Source: Podarcis muralis (lineage: Eukaryota). From it: a stretch of DNA of 64,000 nt. A program made the position numbers and the translations under genes. Shown piece by piece: positions 25,269 through 36,741 of the stretch. Position 1 is the stretch's first letter, and each line of letters opens with the position of its first letter. The notes below the pieces were generated by a model. It searched no databases, was not told the origin of the DNA, and saw only the letters and a list, made by a program, of their open reading frames with translations. The stretch covers positions 27,838,001 to 27,902,000 of the forward strand of contig NC_135655.1 in the NCBI RefSeq assembly GCF_964188315.1, given 5' to 3'.

Positions 25269-27072
25269 AGAGGAGGAACCAAAAGCTAACAAAGAGATCT
25301 CTCTCTTTCCTGCAGCCTGATGGAATGGTAAGTAAGAAAGAGTTAGATTTCTTCATAAGCTGGTGTGATGATAACTCCTACTATTTACTGAGGTATGAGA
25401 GATGGATCCAATATAAGTCATGCTCAGTTAATTAGGACTCTCTAGCTAATTAGAACTAGAAATCCACCCCCCGAATAATAATTGAGCTGTTGTGAAAGGG
25501 AAAAGCAGATCATTGGTGGTCCCCATACCACAGTTTATGAAGTTCTCTCCTGGGGCACCTAGTCTTGGGGACAGATTGCTTCTTTGATCAAACCGCTTAA
25601 AAACTTCAAGGAGTTTTTTTAAAAAATAAAACTTCTTATAATAACCACATTCAGCTCAGCCATATATGCATCTGGAGTCGATCACCAAACCCTCCTCTAA
25701 TTAACCATATAATGTTAAATGAAGGGCTGGATTTAAAATACACACAACACACATATTTGGGGGAATTTCTTTGATGGAAGGCCAATGTTCTGAGGAATGG
25801 AAAGTGACAAATACGACACTTGTATTCCAGAAGCGGTCATAAGATGGGAGCACAGTTGTTCTCAGCACTGATGTAAGTTATGTGTGCAGCGGTGCTGGTT
25901 TTAATGAGGGTTGATGGGTAGCAGGGAGAAGATTTTCTGAAACACCCATAATTGGATTAAGGAAGAGAACTCCTTTAATGGATCTTGGACACAGGGGGAG
26001 GTCTTGGTTAAACTCATGAGCCAGAATTCTTTAAAAGTTCCTTGTCTTGCCTTTTGCTACTAGACTAAATCAGACTGAACAGAACTGAGGCTCAGTGCTG
26101 CTTGTGCTTTGCTAGACAGTCTATTGTGATTATTAATGTCATCTCAGGTTCGATTTACACAATGGTTTCCTCACTTTTGTGTCCACCTGCACTTTTACCA
26201 AAAGCTCCTCTTCCTCTCTTCTCCCAGTTAATCTCCATCTCTAGGACTCAGTGGTGGGAGGGAGCACAGAGGAAGAATCACCAGGGCCTAGCCTGTGGTA
26301 TCACCAGGGACAGCCACCACATCTCAGGTTTGGGTCCTGAAATCTTGGCCTGGGGTGCTCTTGACCTGCAACCTTATTGCCCATATTAGCTGGGAAGTGC
26401 ATCACAGTTTGGGCTGGCTCAATATATTTTGCCACCCTAGACAAAGCACAATATAATGCTTCCTCCCCAGTTCACAGACAGAAGTTGACTGGGCTGGCAG
26501 CTGAATCTTAAGCCACATCCACACTATACTTTGAAAGCTTGATGATACCACTTTAACAGCCACGGTTTCTCTCAAAGATCCCTGGGAACTGTAGTTTATT
26601 ACAGATGCTGCAAGTTGTTTGGAGTCCCTCAATTTCCCTTGCAGAGCTACAATTCTCAGAGTGGTTTAGCAACCAGGGAACTCTCGAGAATTCTTTCTCC
26701 AAATTTTTGCCAACTCATTTGTAACCATTATTTGAAGCTTTTTGTGGGTGGAGGTGGGGGGTATTACTTGAAATCACATGTTTTGGCATGTATTGCCATA
26801 TGACCCTCTTAAGGTTGTTTGGTTTGATTTCAATAGCTTTTGAGCCTGGAAAACCTGCAAGAGCAAGTGAGATTTCCAGGACTTCCTGTCAAAATACCAC
26901 AAGAGCATAATTTCTCCTGGTATTTTGTCACTTCTCCTTACAGACCTATGTGGAATCCAGAAGTGGAGAGGCAGCATGGAAATTAAAAAATAGTTGGAAA
27001 GCTGAAAAGTTCACCCAACATTTTGGAGCCACCAAGATGATCCAGTTACAAAATGGGTATTTTTTTTAAGAG

Positions 27073-27119
<47 letters not shown>

Positions 27120-27140
27120 ACAAATGAAAGAAAGAAAGAA
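27073..27140. repeat. (GAAA)n microsatellite
   Basis: Direct reading. Confidence 0.97.
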
Positions 27141-28227
27141 TGTTTGGTGGTTTGTGGTTTCATTTCCAGCTGCAAAATCTGTGCAGGCTTATGCCCAAGC
27201 TTTATCAGTTTCAGCCTTCAGAAGAATACTATCCACCTGCTGTCCAAACATAAATTGTGACCTCACCTAACAAAAATGCATAGGGTGTCAACCCAAAGAG
27301 TTTTGCACAGCTTTCCAGGACTGCCTTCCAATAATGCTTCTTGGTGCTGGGTTGGCCCAGACTAGGCAGCCAGTTTCTGGTTCCTCTTTCACTGCTACCA
27401 TGTGCTTCAGGAATGTTTGTTATTTTGTTGAGGGAAAGTGGGAGATGGATGCTGCATGTTGCTCCAGTTGGGCACATGTGGCACTGCTCCACCAACCTAG
27501 TTCTGACCTCAGTCAATCCCTACCTGTTTACTTTCTTATTTACAACCAGCCAGGGGATGGCCCTGGATGTCACCTGGTTCCTTCTTAGAGCAGGAGGGTT
27601 GTGGATGGAAATAGAATTAGTTGGCTCTTCCTGTCCTTGGCTCTGTCTCCATTGCCCTCCTTGCCTTCCACTTAGCCAATCCCAGTGGGCACTAGCCACG
27701 ACTGATGCCATGTTTCTTAGCTTTCTATAACTTATCCACCATCCCTACTATTTTCCTGAGTTGTTAAGAGGCTTTATGAGAGAATGGTGATTAAGCACCT
27801 TGCACACAAATGGTGTGCCAATGATTCATGATGCTGCTGGCTGCCATTTCCCTCATTTTTGGGTGGCGTGAGAGGGAGGGAGAAGGGGTGAGTTGCATAT
27901 GATCACTAATGGTTTTTAATAGAGTGTGGTATCAAAAGCTCATTTTAAGGGCCTTGCGGGAATGGTCTTTGTTAACTGCCTCTTGGAAGACACCTTTATT
28001 TAGGGATATGTGGTATGTTCTTTACAGAACTGTAATTCAGTTTTAAGAAAGTGTGACTGGCTGCTTACAGTGTACTTTCCTCAACTCTGTTACTGAACCA
28101 GCAGAATAATATAATCTGAGATTGTGTAAGCAATGAAAATTCAGGTGATGGAATTTAGCAAGCTGACTGAGACAGGGCACAGAATCAGGGCAAAGGGATG
28201 CTAAATGGCCTTGAAACCGGATGGAAG

Positions 28228-28385
28228 AATGTGAGAAGACTCTGCTGGATCAGCCCACAGGTCCATCTAATCCTGCATCCTGTTCTCACATTGGCCCATT
28301 AGACAACTGTGCGAAGCCCGTAAACAGGAGGTGAGTGCAACAGCATTCTCTTGCCTTGTGATTCTAAGCAACTGGTATTTAGACA
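28228..28385 (-). mobile_element. CR1-type LINE 3' end
   Basis: CTGCTGGATCAGCCCACAGGTCCATCTAATCCTGCATCCTGTTCTCACA; related to 50505-50640. Confidence 0.6.
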
Positions 28386-28439
28386 TGATGGCCATGCTCT
28401 CAGGTGGCCCTCAGGGCTAAGGTGTTCAGGGCTTTGTGT

Positions 28440-28700
28440 ACTTAGACAAGAACCTCAAATCTGGCTCAGTAGTATATGGGCAGTCAGTGCAGATGGTTTA
28501 CTAGAGGAGTTATATGCTGTTGTCCATCTTCCCTCATCAGCAGTCTAGCTGGTGCTTCTAGACCAGGACCAAGGGCAGCCCCACATAGACTACATTGCAG
28601 TAATCCAGCCTTGAGGCTACAAATGCATGGGTTATAGTGGCTTCGGTTCAGGTGCTCAGCTATTAAGCTATGCTTCATCTCAACCACCATGGGTGGCTTC
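28440..28700 (-). mobile_element. L2 LINE ORF2 fragment
   Basis: My minus-strand translation gives THAFVASRLDYCNVVYVGLP, the L2 ORF2 SRLDYCN motif. Confidence 0.8.
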
Positions 28701-29827
28701 TGGGATCAACTGGCACAATCCAGTCAGTGTTAGGCTATTTATGTCCAAAGTATTTCAGTGGGAATATTTGAATGCATGCTTACCTCTGCCATTAAAGTTA
28801 GTAATGGAAAAAATTTCTATGGTGTGCATCTGCTTGGTTTGAAATTAAACTATTCTCACAAACAGGAAGTAATCCAATTTAATTTCAAACCAATTAAAAT
28901 GTGGGAAAAGGTGTCTCTACCCTATAAGACCTCAGCCGCCTGTATTTTCTACTTATTAGGATGGAACAGTGGGGGTACTCTAGCAAGCCATGACATAGGA
29001 AGCAGATGGATGGATCTCTCTCTTTCCTCCCCTATTCAGCTGCAGTGGCACTCTGGTGGTGACCAAGTGATTGGGAATGGAAAAGGACAGAGACCTCTCC
29101 ACCCCTTTCCTCTCTGAATTTATGATATGGAGCAATTCAAGCCACAAGCGTTCTCTGAGGAATGCTGCTTCTGATGCGGTAGCCCTTAGGGAAACTACAT
29201 TTCTGAGGGACTACTTGTTGGCCTTCTTCCTTTCCCTCTTCCCAATTAAAATCTGAGCCAGATAAGAATTTGGGGAGCAGCAATGTATTGGGAGGGAAAC
29301 ACATGGGAGCAGTTTCACGAATTCTCTTCTAAACAGGATCCAAGACCTCACCTGCTGTAGTGCCAGGCTAACTAGAGAGACCCTCCTTGCTGCAGCAAGT
29401 GAATGTGGTGATAAGGTTTTCCTGTTTGTGACAGTTTAGCACAGAGGAAATTGGAGAATGAGGTTGGAAACATTTTTCCTTTTCTTTGATGAGAGTTCCT
29501 ACTTCATGCTAGCAGTTTATATGGAAACACTTTTTGTGTGTGTGTGAGCTTGTTTGCATTTCTAATTATAAGCTAAAGGTTCCATTTCAGCTGGCTGGAG
29601 TCTTTCTGTAAAAGCTCAATGTGGTCTACAGTTGAATTTATTCTGTAACTATCTATTCCATGACTGTCAAGTAATCTGAGTCAATTGAATATTATGCTAC
29701 TTACTGTTGCTCTTCAGAAGATGTTTGTGTATATGGACCAACACAGCTGCTTCCATTTTAGACTTTAAAGGAGGGTATGGTTATGGGGGCCATCATGATA
29801 AAAAAAATCTGCACTTTATAATTTACC

Positions 29828-30580
29828 TTTTGTTGGCATTCGTCTGCCTTGAGAGATAATGAAGTGTGCCTCTCAGGGTAAAGTCAAACCACTGCATTAG
29901 CAGCCCCAAAGTGACCTCCCCAGGGTGTATGGAAGTCCTGGGCTGCCCAGATGACAAGACCCCTCTCTTGGCCTCACTCTAAAGCAGTGATGGCCAAACT
30001 TGGCCCTCCAGCTGTTTTGGGACTACAATTCCCATCATCCCTGACCACTGGTCCTGCTAGCTAGTGATGATGGGAGTTGTAGTCCCAAAACAGCTGGAGG
30101 GTCAAGTCTGGCCATCACTGCTCTGAAGGAAAGCAGAGCAATATGCCTGGCACCAGCCTGGATGCAGGAGTTGCTGGAAGAAGACGTACAAGGCACCATC
30201 CACTCCAGATTCGTGTAGGGTTTACTCCTAAGTATTTTTGTCTCTTGAAAATATCCCACAAGGCGGTGGAGGTTTATGATCAGATTTTTGCTTCTCGTAG
30301 ATGGGCTACCTTCCCAGATTGACAAGCCTCATCTTCCTCTCACTTATCTCTAAAGCATGTGCAGAAACCACCTTCTTGACTGTTAGACCTACTATTGGTC
30401 TCATCCACTCAATCTACTGGGGCCTGTCTTTGCATGCAGGGGTTGTCCCTAACTCACCATGAGTTTGAGACCTACCAGCTACCCTCATCTGCTTTACCTG
30501 GCCCATTGAAGCTGTTCCTGGGGTGTGGCTGCTGATACATCTTTTAGGAGCCATAGGTGAGAGCTGAGTGCAGGTTGGGG
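29828..30580 (-). mobile_element. Non-autonomous RTE-derived (bipartite) retroelement
   Basis: 3' ~65 bp aligns by eye to the RTE LINE ends at 59130-59200 and 35690-35745; 5' part carries an RTE 5'-UTR-like GGGAAGGTAGCCCATCTACGAGAAGCAAAAATCTGA motif; no long ORF. Confidence 0.7.
29985..30120. mobile_element. Palindromic hAT MITE nested in the RTE derivative
   Basis: 55-bp inverted arms (3 differences) around a 26-nt spacer; 8-bp TSD CTCTAAAG / CTCTGAAG. Confidence 0.92.
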
Positions 30581-31133
30581 ACCAAAGATGGACAAACTGA
30601 CCCCAGTAGGAAAATTATGTTTCCTCCACCAAAGGTACTACCCCTCCCCTAAGACCCCATACACCCCATAGAACTATGTCACTATTGGTGGTCATAATTG
30701 CTGCCTTGTCTTAAGAGATGAGCATTTCAAGCACCTGAAATGAGTCGTGGAGATGTCAGCCGTACCAACATCACTAAATGAAATTAATGGGATTGAAAAG
30801 TGCTGAACGTTGGGTTTCTTTGGGTGACCTGTTGACTGAGCATTCATCTTAATCTGCATGCACAAAGCTTATGTGGTTAGACCATGCCTGGTTTTTATCG
30901 AGCATCCATTCTACTTTGTTTACGGGGTGGTTACACAACAATGGACACTCATCCTGATTTGTTTGTGGAGTGTTTACACCTCGTCTTGTTGATCATTCCT
31001 ACATTGCACACTTTTCAATGCATTTCTCTGTTACTTTCCTAACCACAAAAGGTCTTTTTTTGTGGTTTGTTGCACTAGGGTCACACAGCGCTTTAACCCA
31101 CTTTAATTGGGTTATTGGAAATTGCAGAATGTA

Positions 31134-31392
31134 CCGTATTTTTCGCTCTATAAGACGTACCAGACCACAAGACACACCTAGTTTTTGGAGGAGGAAAACA
31201 AGAAAAAAAATATTCTGAATCTCAGAAGTCAGAACAGCAAGAGGGATCGCTGCACAGTGAAAGCAGCAATCCCTCTTGCTTTTCTGGCTTCTGTGATAGC
31301 TGCACAGCCTGCATTCGCTCCATAAGACGCACACACATTTCCCCTTACTTTTTAGGAGGGAAAAAGTGAGTCTTATAGAGCAAAAAATACGG
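31134..31392. mobile_element. pogo/Tigger-like MITE
   Basis: TIRs CCGTATTTTTCGCTCTATAAGAC / GTCTTATAGAGCAAAAAATACGG; TA TSD; near-identical to 51010-51269. Confidence 0.93.
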
Positions 31393-32039
31393 TAAAAAAG
31401 TATACATTTCCTACAAAAGAAACACAAAACTTTTGATTCCTGAGAATGCTAAGGCTTTTGAATAATAAAAGTGCTGGAGAAGGCAGCAGTGTTTTTTTTA
31501 ATCACGGGTATTTATGGGCATTTCCTTTCTACATGTTGCTTTCCTCCTTCAAACCTAAAGTTCTGATATGTGCTTGAATCCCTCTTGTAAATTACTGACA
31601 GTCATGGGGCACTCTTGTGCAGAATTCCAGGTTTAAGCCTGAGCAGTTCAACTGAAATTTCAGATAGTAGATTTTGATGTTCCTCGGCAGTATAGGACTG
31701 ACACTAAACAACTCCTATGAGTCCCCAACTGGAGTCTGCTGTGATACAGCACAATCCACAAGTAAAAACTAGGGCAGTTAGGAGGATGAACTCAGTCACT
31801 TCCTTGCACTACGTGATGGGAGAAGCTGAATGCACAACTTTAAACTCTTTGACCTTAGTAAAGCATTTCCATTTCAGTCCATTTTATAAAAGTCTTCCTT
31901 AGAACCGAGCTGTAAAACACCTACATCAGATTCAAAGCCCTCAGATTATATCTTTCACAGGACCAATGGCTCTAATTTTTATTCTAAGTGGCCTGGTTTC
32001 TTTACTGTACAGCTTTCAGAAAATGCTGGTGGTAAATCT

Positions 32040-32170
32040 CTTTATCCTGGCCTTTTAAACCCTATTCCTGTGACTGTAATCTGTTTTTAACTGTTTTTTA
32101 TTTTGGAATTTTATATTTTTGTAACTCCTCTGAGACCTGCTAATGTAGGGTGCATAATTAATGTTTATAA
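32040..32170 (+). mobile_element. L2-like LINE 3' tail
   Basis: T-rich stretch then TTTTTGTAACTCCTCTGAGACC..AGGGTGCATAATTAAT. Confidence 0.4.
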
Positions 32171-32172
32171 TA

Positions 32173-32404
32173 CAGGGGTACCTCGGGTTAAGAACTTAAT
32201 TCGTTCTGGAGGTCCGTTCTTAACCTGAAACTGTTCTTAACCTGAGGTACCACTTTAGCTAATGGGGCCTTCCGCTGCTGCTGCCGCACAATTTCTGTTC
32301 TCATCCTGAAGCAAAGTTCTTAACCTGAGGTACTATTTCTGGGTTAGCGGAGTCTGTAACCTGAATCGTCTGTAACCTGAAGCGTCTGTAACCCGAGGTC
32401 ACTG
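32173..32404. mobile_element. Tigger-like MITE (CAGTGGTACCTC family)
   Basis: TIRs CAGGGGTACCTCGGGTTA / TAACCCGAGGTCACTG; TA TSD. Confidence 0.93.
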
Positions 32405-32432
32405 TAATAATGAAAAAATTAAGATAGGTTAC

Positions 32433-33209
32433 TGTCAGAGCTGCCTCAGGTCCCAGCTCACAGAGGACCAACGCCAGTCCGTTGTTATATAAAATAGTCT
32501 TTATTGAAGTTCAGTTTCTCTTTTACAGCCACGGCGCGCAGCTCTACGTCTTAAACCTTAGACCGCCGAAGCTCCGTCTGAGTCTCCTCCCCCCAGACAC
32601 CAGTTTAAGACCCTAGCCTTGCTCCACCTTTCCCTCTGCTCCCTCCTCCTCTGGGTCCTCTTGTCCGCCGAGGTCTTGCCCTTCCTAGACTCTTCTGACG
32701 CTGAGTCCCCTGAGTCTTCGCCCTCCCTCCGGCGGGCTTTAGGACCTGGTTCCCAATCCGGGTTTTCTGCTGTCCCGCGCGCCTGTACATTTGAACTTGG
32801 CGCGCGCGCCCAGCCTGCCACCTTCCTTCTGACCGTTATACTGCTCCTGTCGCTGCTTCCCTCTTCGGGGACGCTAGCTGGGCCTGACTCCTCCTCCCTG
32901 CTTCCCGGAGGAGACGCTGACTCTGACCTATGGGGCTCTTCCCCCCCACTACGCTCTGGTGGGGAAGCTGGTCCTGATTTCCAGCTACTGCTTTGGGAGT
33001 CTCCGCTGGCCCCCTGCTTCTGGTGTGTCCCCCCTGGGACCCCCCTTGCCCTGGCCATCGGCGCCCCCTTCTGGGAATCTTCTGATTCACTGGAGAGGCT
33101 CATGGAATCTCTCGGGTCACTGTCATTCTGCCCTCCGCTGCCCTCAGATTCTTCCCCTTCGCTCTCCATTTCCTCTCTCCCCTGTGCCTCTGCTCCTGAG
33201 CCCCTGACA
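32433..33209 (-). mobile_element. Solo LTR (Gypsy/ERV-type), 777 bp
   Basis: TG...CA ends with 6-bp inverted repeat TGTCAG/CTGACA; 5-bp TSD GTTAC/GTTGC; minus-strand AATAAA at 32500-32505; GC/CpG-rich. Confidence 0.85.
32558..33169 (-). CDS. LTR-internal ORF, 203 aa; Ser/Glu/Gly-rich, basic Arg-rich C-terminus; coding status unproven
   Basis: Uninterrupted frame from LTR nt 2 to TAA, 53 nt before AATAAA; no homolog recognised. Confidence 0.3.
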   Translation of the reverse strand: MESEGEESEGSGGQNDSDPRDSMSLSSESEDSQKGAPMARARGVPGGTHQKQGASGDSQSSSWKSGPASPPERSGGEEPHRSESASPPGSREEESGPASVPEEGSSDRSSITVRRKVAGWARAPSSNVQARGTAENPDWEPGPKARRREGEDSGDSASEESRKGKTSADKRTQRRREQRERWSKARVLNWCLGGGDSDGASAV

Positions 33210-33304
33210 GTTGCTTTTTTAATTCATTGGTTAGCTTAATTTATTTGTAACATTTTAAATCAACTGAATAGGGATACTTGATTAATCGGTAACAATTTGT
33301 AATA

Positions 33305-33346
33305 TACTAATACTAATACTAATACTAATACTAATACTAATACTAA
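33305..33346. repeat. (TACTAA)7 hexamer repeat
   Basis: Direct reading; abuts a reversed L2-like tail. Confidence 0.95.
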
Positions 33347-33464
33347 TAATTTGGTTATTGCTTTATCTTGCCCAAGGCAGCCTAAAACAACTTACAAACA
33401 AGCAAACAAAACAGCCCTACATAGATCTATTTTACACAAACTTATTTACACAGGGAAAGGACAG

Positions 33465-33720
33465 ATGATGATGATGATGATGATATTATATTATATTATA
33501 TTATATTTATTTATTTATTTATTTATGCATGCCCCGCCCATCTGGCTGGGTTTCCCCAGCCACTCTGGGTGGCTCCCAACCAAATATGAAAACAAGATAC
33601 AGCATTAAACATTAAAAACGTCCCTAAACAGGGCTGCCTTCAGATGTCTTCTAAAAGTAAGATAGTTGCTTATTTCCTTGACATCTGATAGGAGGGAATT
33701 CCACAGGGCAGGCGCCACTA
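33465..33720 (-). mobile_element. L2 LINE 3' end with compound (GAT)n/(TATAT)n/(ATTT)n tail
   Basis: CCCCGCCCATCTGGCTGGGTTTCCCCAGCCACTCTGGG..GGAATTCCACAGGGCAGGCGCCACTA. Confidence 0.75.
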
Positions 33721-34918
33721 ATGTGGCCATGAGTACTTATGAATGTGCACACGTTATACAGTTAACCCAAAGGACAGATAGAAGTGTGGATTGTGTATTA
33801 GCTTAAGGCTGAGAACTTTACTTTTTAATAAAGTGCTATTCAGAACAAAATGTTGATTACAAAATCCACAGGTTTTTGCCTTTCCCTCTCACACAGGGGG
33901 GACTTCCTCCCCACCCCTGTGGTGCCTGTTATGATGTATACACACTCCACCTAAAAACCCGGCATTCTTTTTTCTTCTTCAAAATAGTTGTTTTAGTCAT
34001 ATGCAGATTTATTAAACTAGTCCATTAAAACTCATTTGATGAATCAACTAGGATTTCTTTAACTGAGTGACAGCCCTAATTCTCCCCCTCCCCATGTTAA
34101 TTGTGATCACTCTGCTGACAACCCCAGTAAAAAACAACAAAAAAACAACAACTCAAAACCATAGCAGACAGCGTACATTCCAGATGAACAACAAATTGTG
34201 CAATGCACCCAGGAGAATTTTGCAACATACTTGAAGAACCTGTTGCACAGATTGGAAAAATAATACAAGGCAGAACAAAAAATCCTCAATACTTATTTGA
34301 TAAATTCTGTGTTATATGGCAAAATATATTCCAGACAGTTCTCTCTGAGCGTAGGACGGCTCATCAACTGATTCAGTTGGAGCTAAGAGTGTTTTTTGTT
34401 GCATCTGTGGTTCTTAAAATGTTCTATTATGTCAAGGTCTGAGTTACAAATTTTGAATCAGATGAAGCCTGGTTAATGTCTCATTCCAAGGGATCAGGAA
34501 TAACATTCACAGAATGGATCTTATTAGTTCACACATTAACCAGAAATGAAGAAAAAAGTACAATAGACTGGTCTACAAATGCAGAAAACTGAGGGTGGAG
34601 ATGGGCATACAGTGCTTCCAGATTGGAGCTCCTAGCACATCATTGCTGCTGTGATGGAAGCTGCAAGTGGAATTGAAATTACTTCCCACATTTCCGGGGT
34701 GGGTGTGTATTATGTTCTTTTTGTATATACCACCATGTCCTGTCCTAGTGGATATGACATAGCCATGTGGGTGGCAAAGTGTCAATTTACTAGAGCAGTC
34801 ATTTAAAGTCTTTTTTTTAAAACTTTCTGCATTGGATTGCATGGGAAACCAGCCCCCCAAAAGCAGTGTTGAGGGGCAAAGCTCCCCTACCCCTGTCACA
34901 AGTGGCTTTAGCAAGGTA

Positions 34919-35144
34919 CAGTGGTACCTTGGGTTACATATGCTTCAGGTTACACACTCCGCTAACCCAGAAATAGTGCTTCAGGTTAAGAACTTTGCTT
35001 CAGGGTGAGAACAGAAATCGTGCTTTGGCGGCGCGGCGGCAGCAGGAGGCTCCATTAGCTAAAGTGGTGCTTCAGGTTAAGAACAGTTTCAGGTTAAGAA
35101 CAGACCCCCGGAACGAATTAAGTACTTAACCCGAGGTACCACTG
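34919..35144. mobile_element. Tigger-like MITE (CAGTGGTACCTC family)
   Basis: TIRs CAGTGGTACCTTGGGTTA / TAACCCGAGGTACCACTG; TA TSD. Confidence 0.95.
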
Positions 35145-35544
35145 TATCTGAGAAAGTCTACCCATCCTGGCTGCTTCAATCTTGTCCGTTGGAACACTTC
35201 TTTGCATCCACTATATACGTACCTTGTTCTTCCAAGCATAACCTGTTAATTTGTGCATTAACCAAATCGTCCAAGTTTGCACTCAGCTCCTTACCTCCCT
35301 AGCTGTTTTATGCAGAGGGGACCCAAGAAACTGTTCATTGTGCTCTGTACTGTTGCTCTGTTGTTTTACTTTAAGTTCAGAGCATGAGCCGTTCAGCGCA
35401 TGAGCCATGCCAGAGGGGCAAAGAGGAAATGCTCCATCCTCACTGTCCCTCTGGCATGGCCATTTTACTTAGCCAGTCAGGTCCTGTATCCACAGCAGTG
35501 ACTAGAGGAGGAATGACTGCTGGGAGGAGCACAGAGAGAAAGAA

Positions 35545-35748
35545 TGTTGTGGTGCACCTGTAGCAGCAAAACTAGATGCCTTCATCAACCCCACCTGCAA
35601 TAAAACATGTCTTTTCTGTATCTATCTTTACAGACACAGCAGTTGCTGTATCTCTCCAACAGTTTGACATTACCTCTGAAGGCACACCCTTTCATTGTCT
35701 CTGGAGACAGGTGAATGCCAACAACGTAGCTGTGCTCTTAGACCTTGG
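35545..35748 (+). mobile_element. RTE LINE 3' fragment
   Basis: Decayed copy of the zinc-finger end and 3' UTR seen at 59128-59480; ends GAATGCCAACAAC. Confidence 0.75.
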
Positions 35749-36669
35749 GAACGTGTTTCAGCCCCAGGGTTTTAGGATTCCATCACTGCAATAGCTTCTG
35801 CCCATGGAACCTTCACACAGCTAGCTTCTGAGATTGTCATTGTTTGGTATAATTTAATTTTAATGTCCTAAATGAAGCAGACTGTAAATTACGAATTGTA
35901 AATTGTTGTTGAAAATCAAAACTATGCTTGTAGTTCCCATCATTACTGTTGGCTTACTGTACCACACTGTTGGCTTAGTGTACAATGACTACACATCCAC
36001 AATTTTCCCCATATTGCATCATTTTGACCTCTAAAACAAGGCCTAATTTAGTTGTGTAATGAATGTATTGTTGCACTTGGGTAAAGGTTGTCAAGCACCT
36101 TATAAAACTAATCTGAAAGCTGCAAGAAAAGAGCAAGTATACATATTGCATTCCCTGTGAATGGAAGCAGCTGTCTAAATCATATATGGATTCAAATTTC
36201 ACCATCCCATTATCAATTTCATAAATTGAAGCAAGCCACCTTAAATAAACATAATCTTTCACCGTTTATTAAATACACATGGATCCATAGATCCACAGTT
36301 AAACAACTGTAATTCAAAACATTAAAAATTAAATAATTCTGTGTGTTTTACAAGTTCTGTTATTTTATTATCAGAAGCATACAAAATGGTTGAAATATCT
36401 CCTGGTCGACAAGATACTTAAAACAGCATCATCTCTCCCTGCTGAGAGGATGAGTGGCAGTTTAAGGAGCAGTTGTTAAAATATGATACCTCTCTTTAAA
36501 GTAGAAGTAGACAGGATTGTGCATAAAAGCAGCAATGGCAAAACAACAAGAAGGCACCCCCAAGTCTCTGATACCTGCAGTTCAGTTCTAGGTATATCAC
36601 AACTGTCTGTGGCACATATTTTGAAGAGCAAGAAAGATGACACCATGACGGCCATTCAAAGGAAATAAA

Positions 36670-36741
36670 TGCAGTTTGTCCCAAATTTTACCCCTGAAAA
36701 AGAGGATGTGTCCAGGAAAAAGAGGACACATGGCAACCCTG
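36670..36741. mobile_element. hAT MITE right-end fragment
   Basis: GAAAAAGAGGACACATGGCAACCCT resembles the TAGGGTTGCCA TIR class. Confidence 0.5.

Noticed and set aside
30999-31427. 142-aa and 117-aa (50936) ORFs similar to each other
   Set aside because: Both are translations of the same Tigger-like MITE family.
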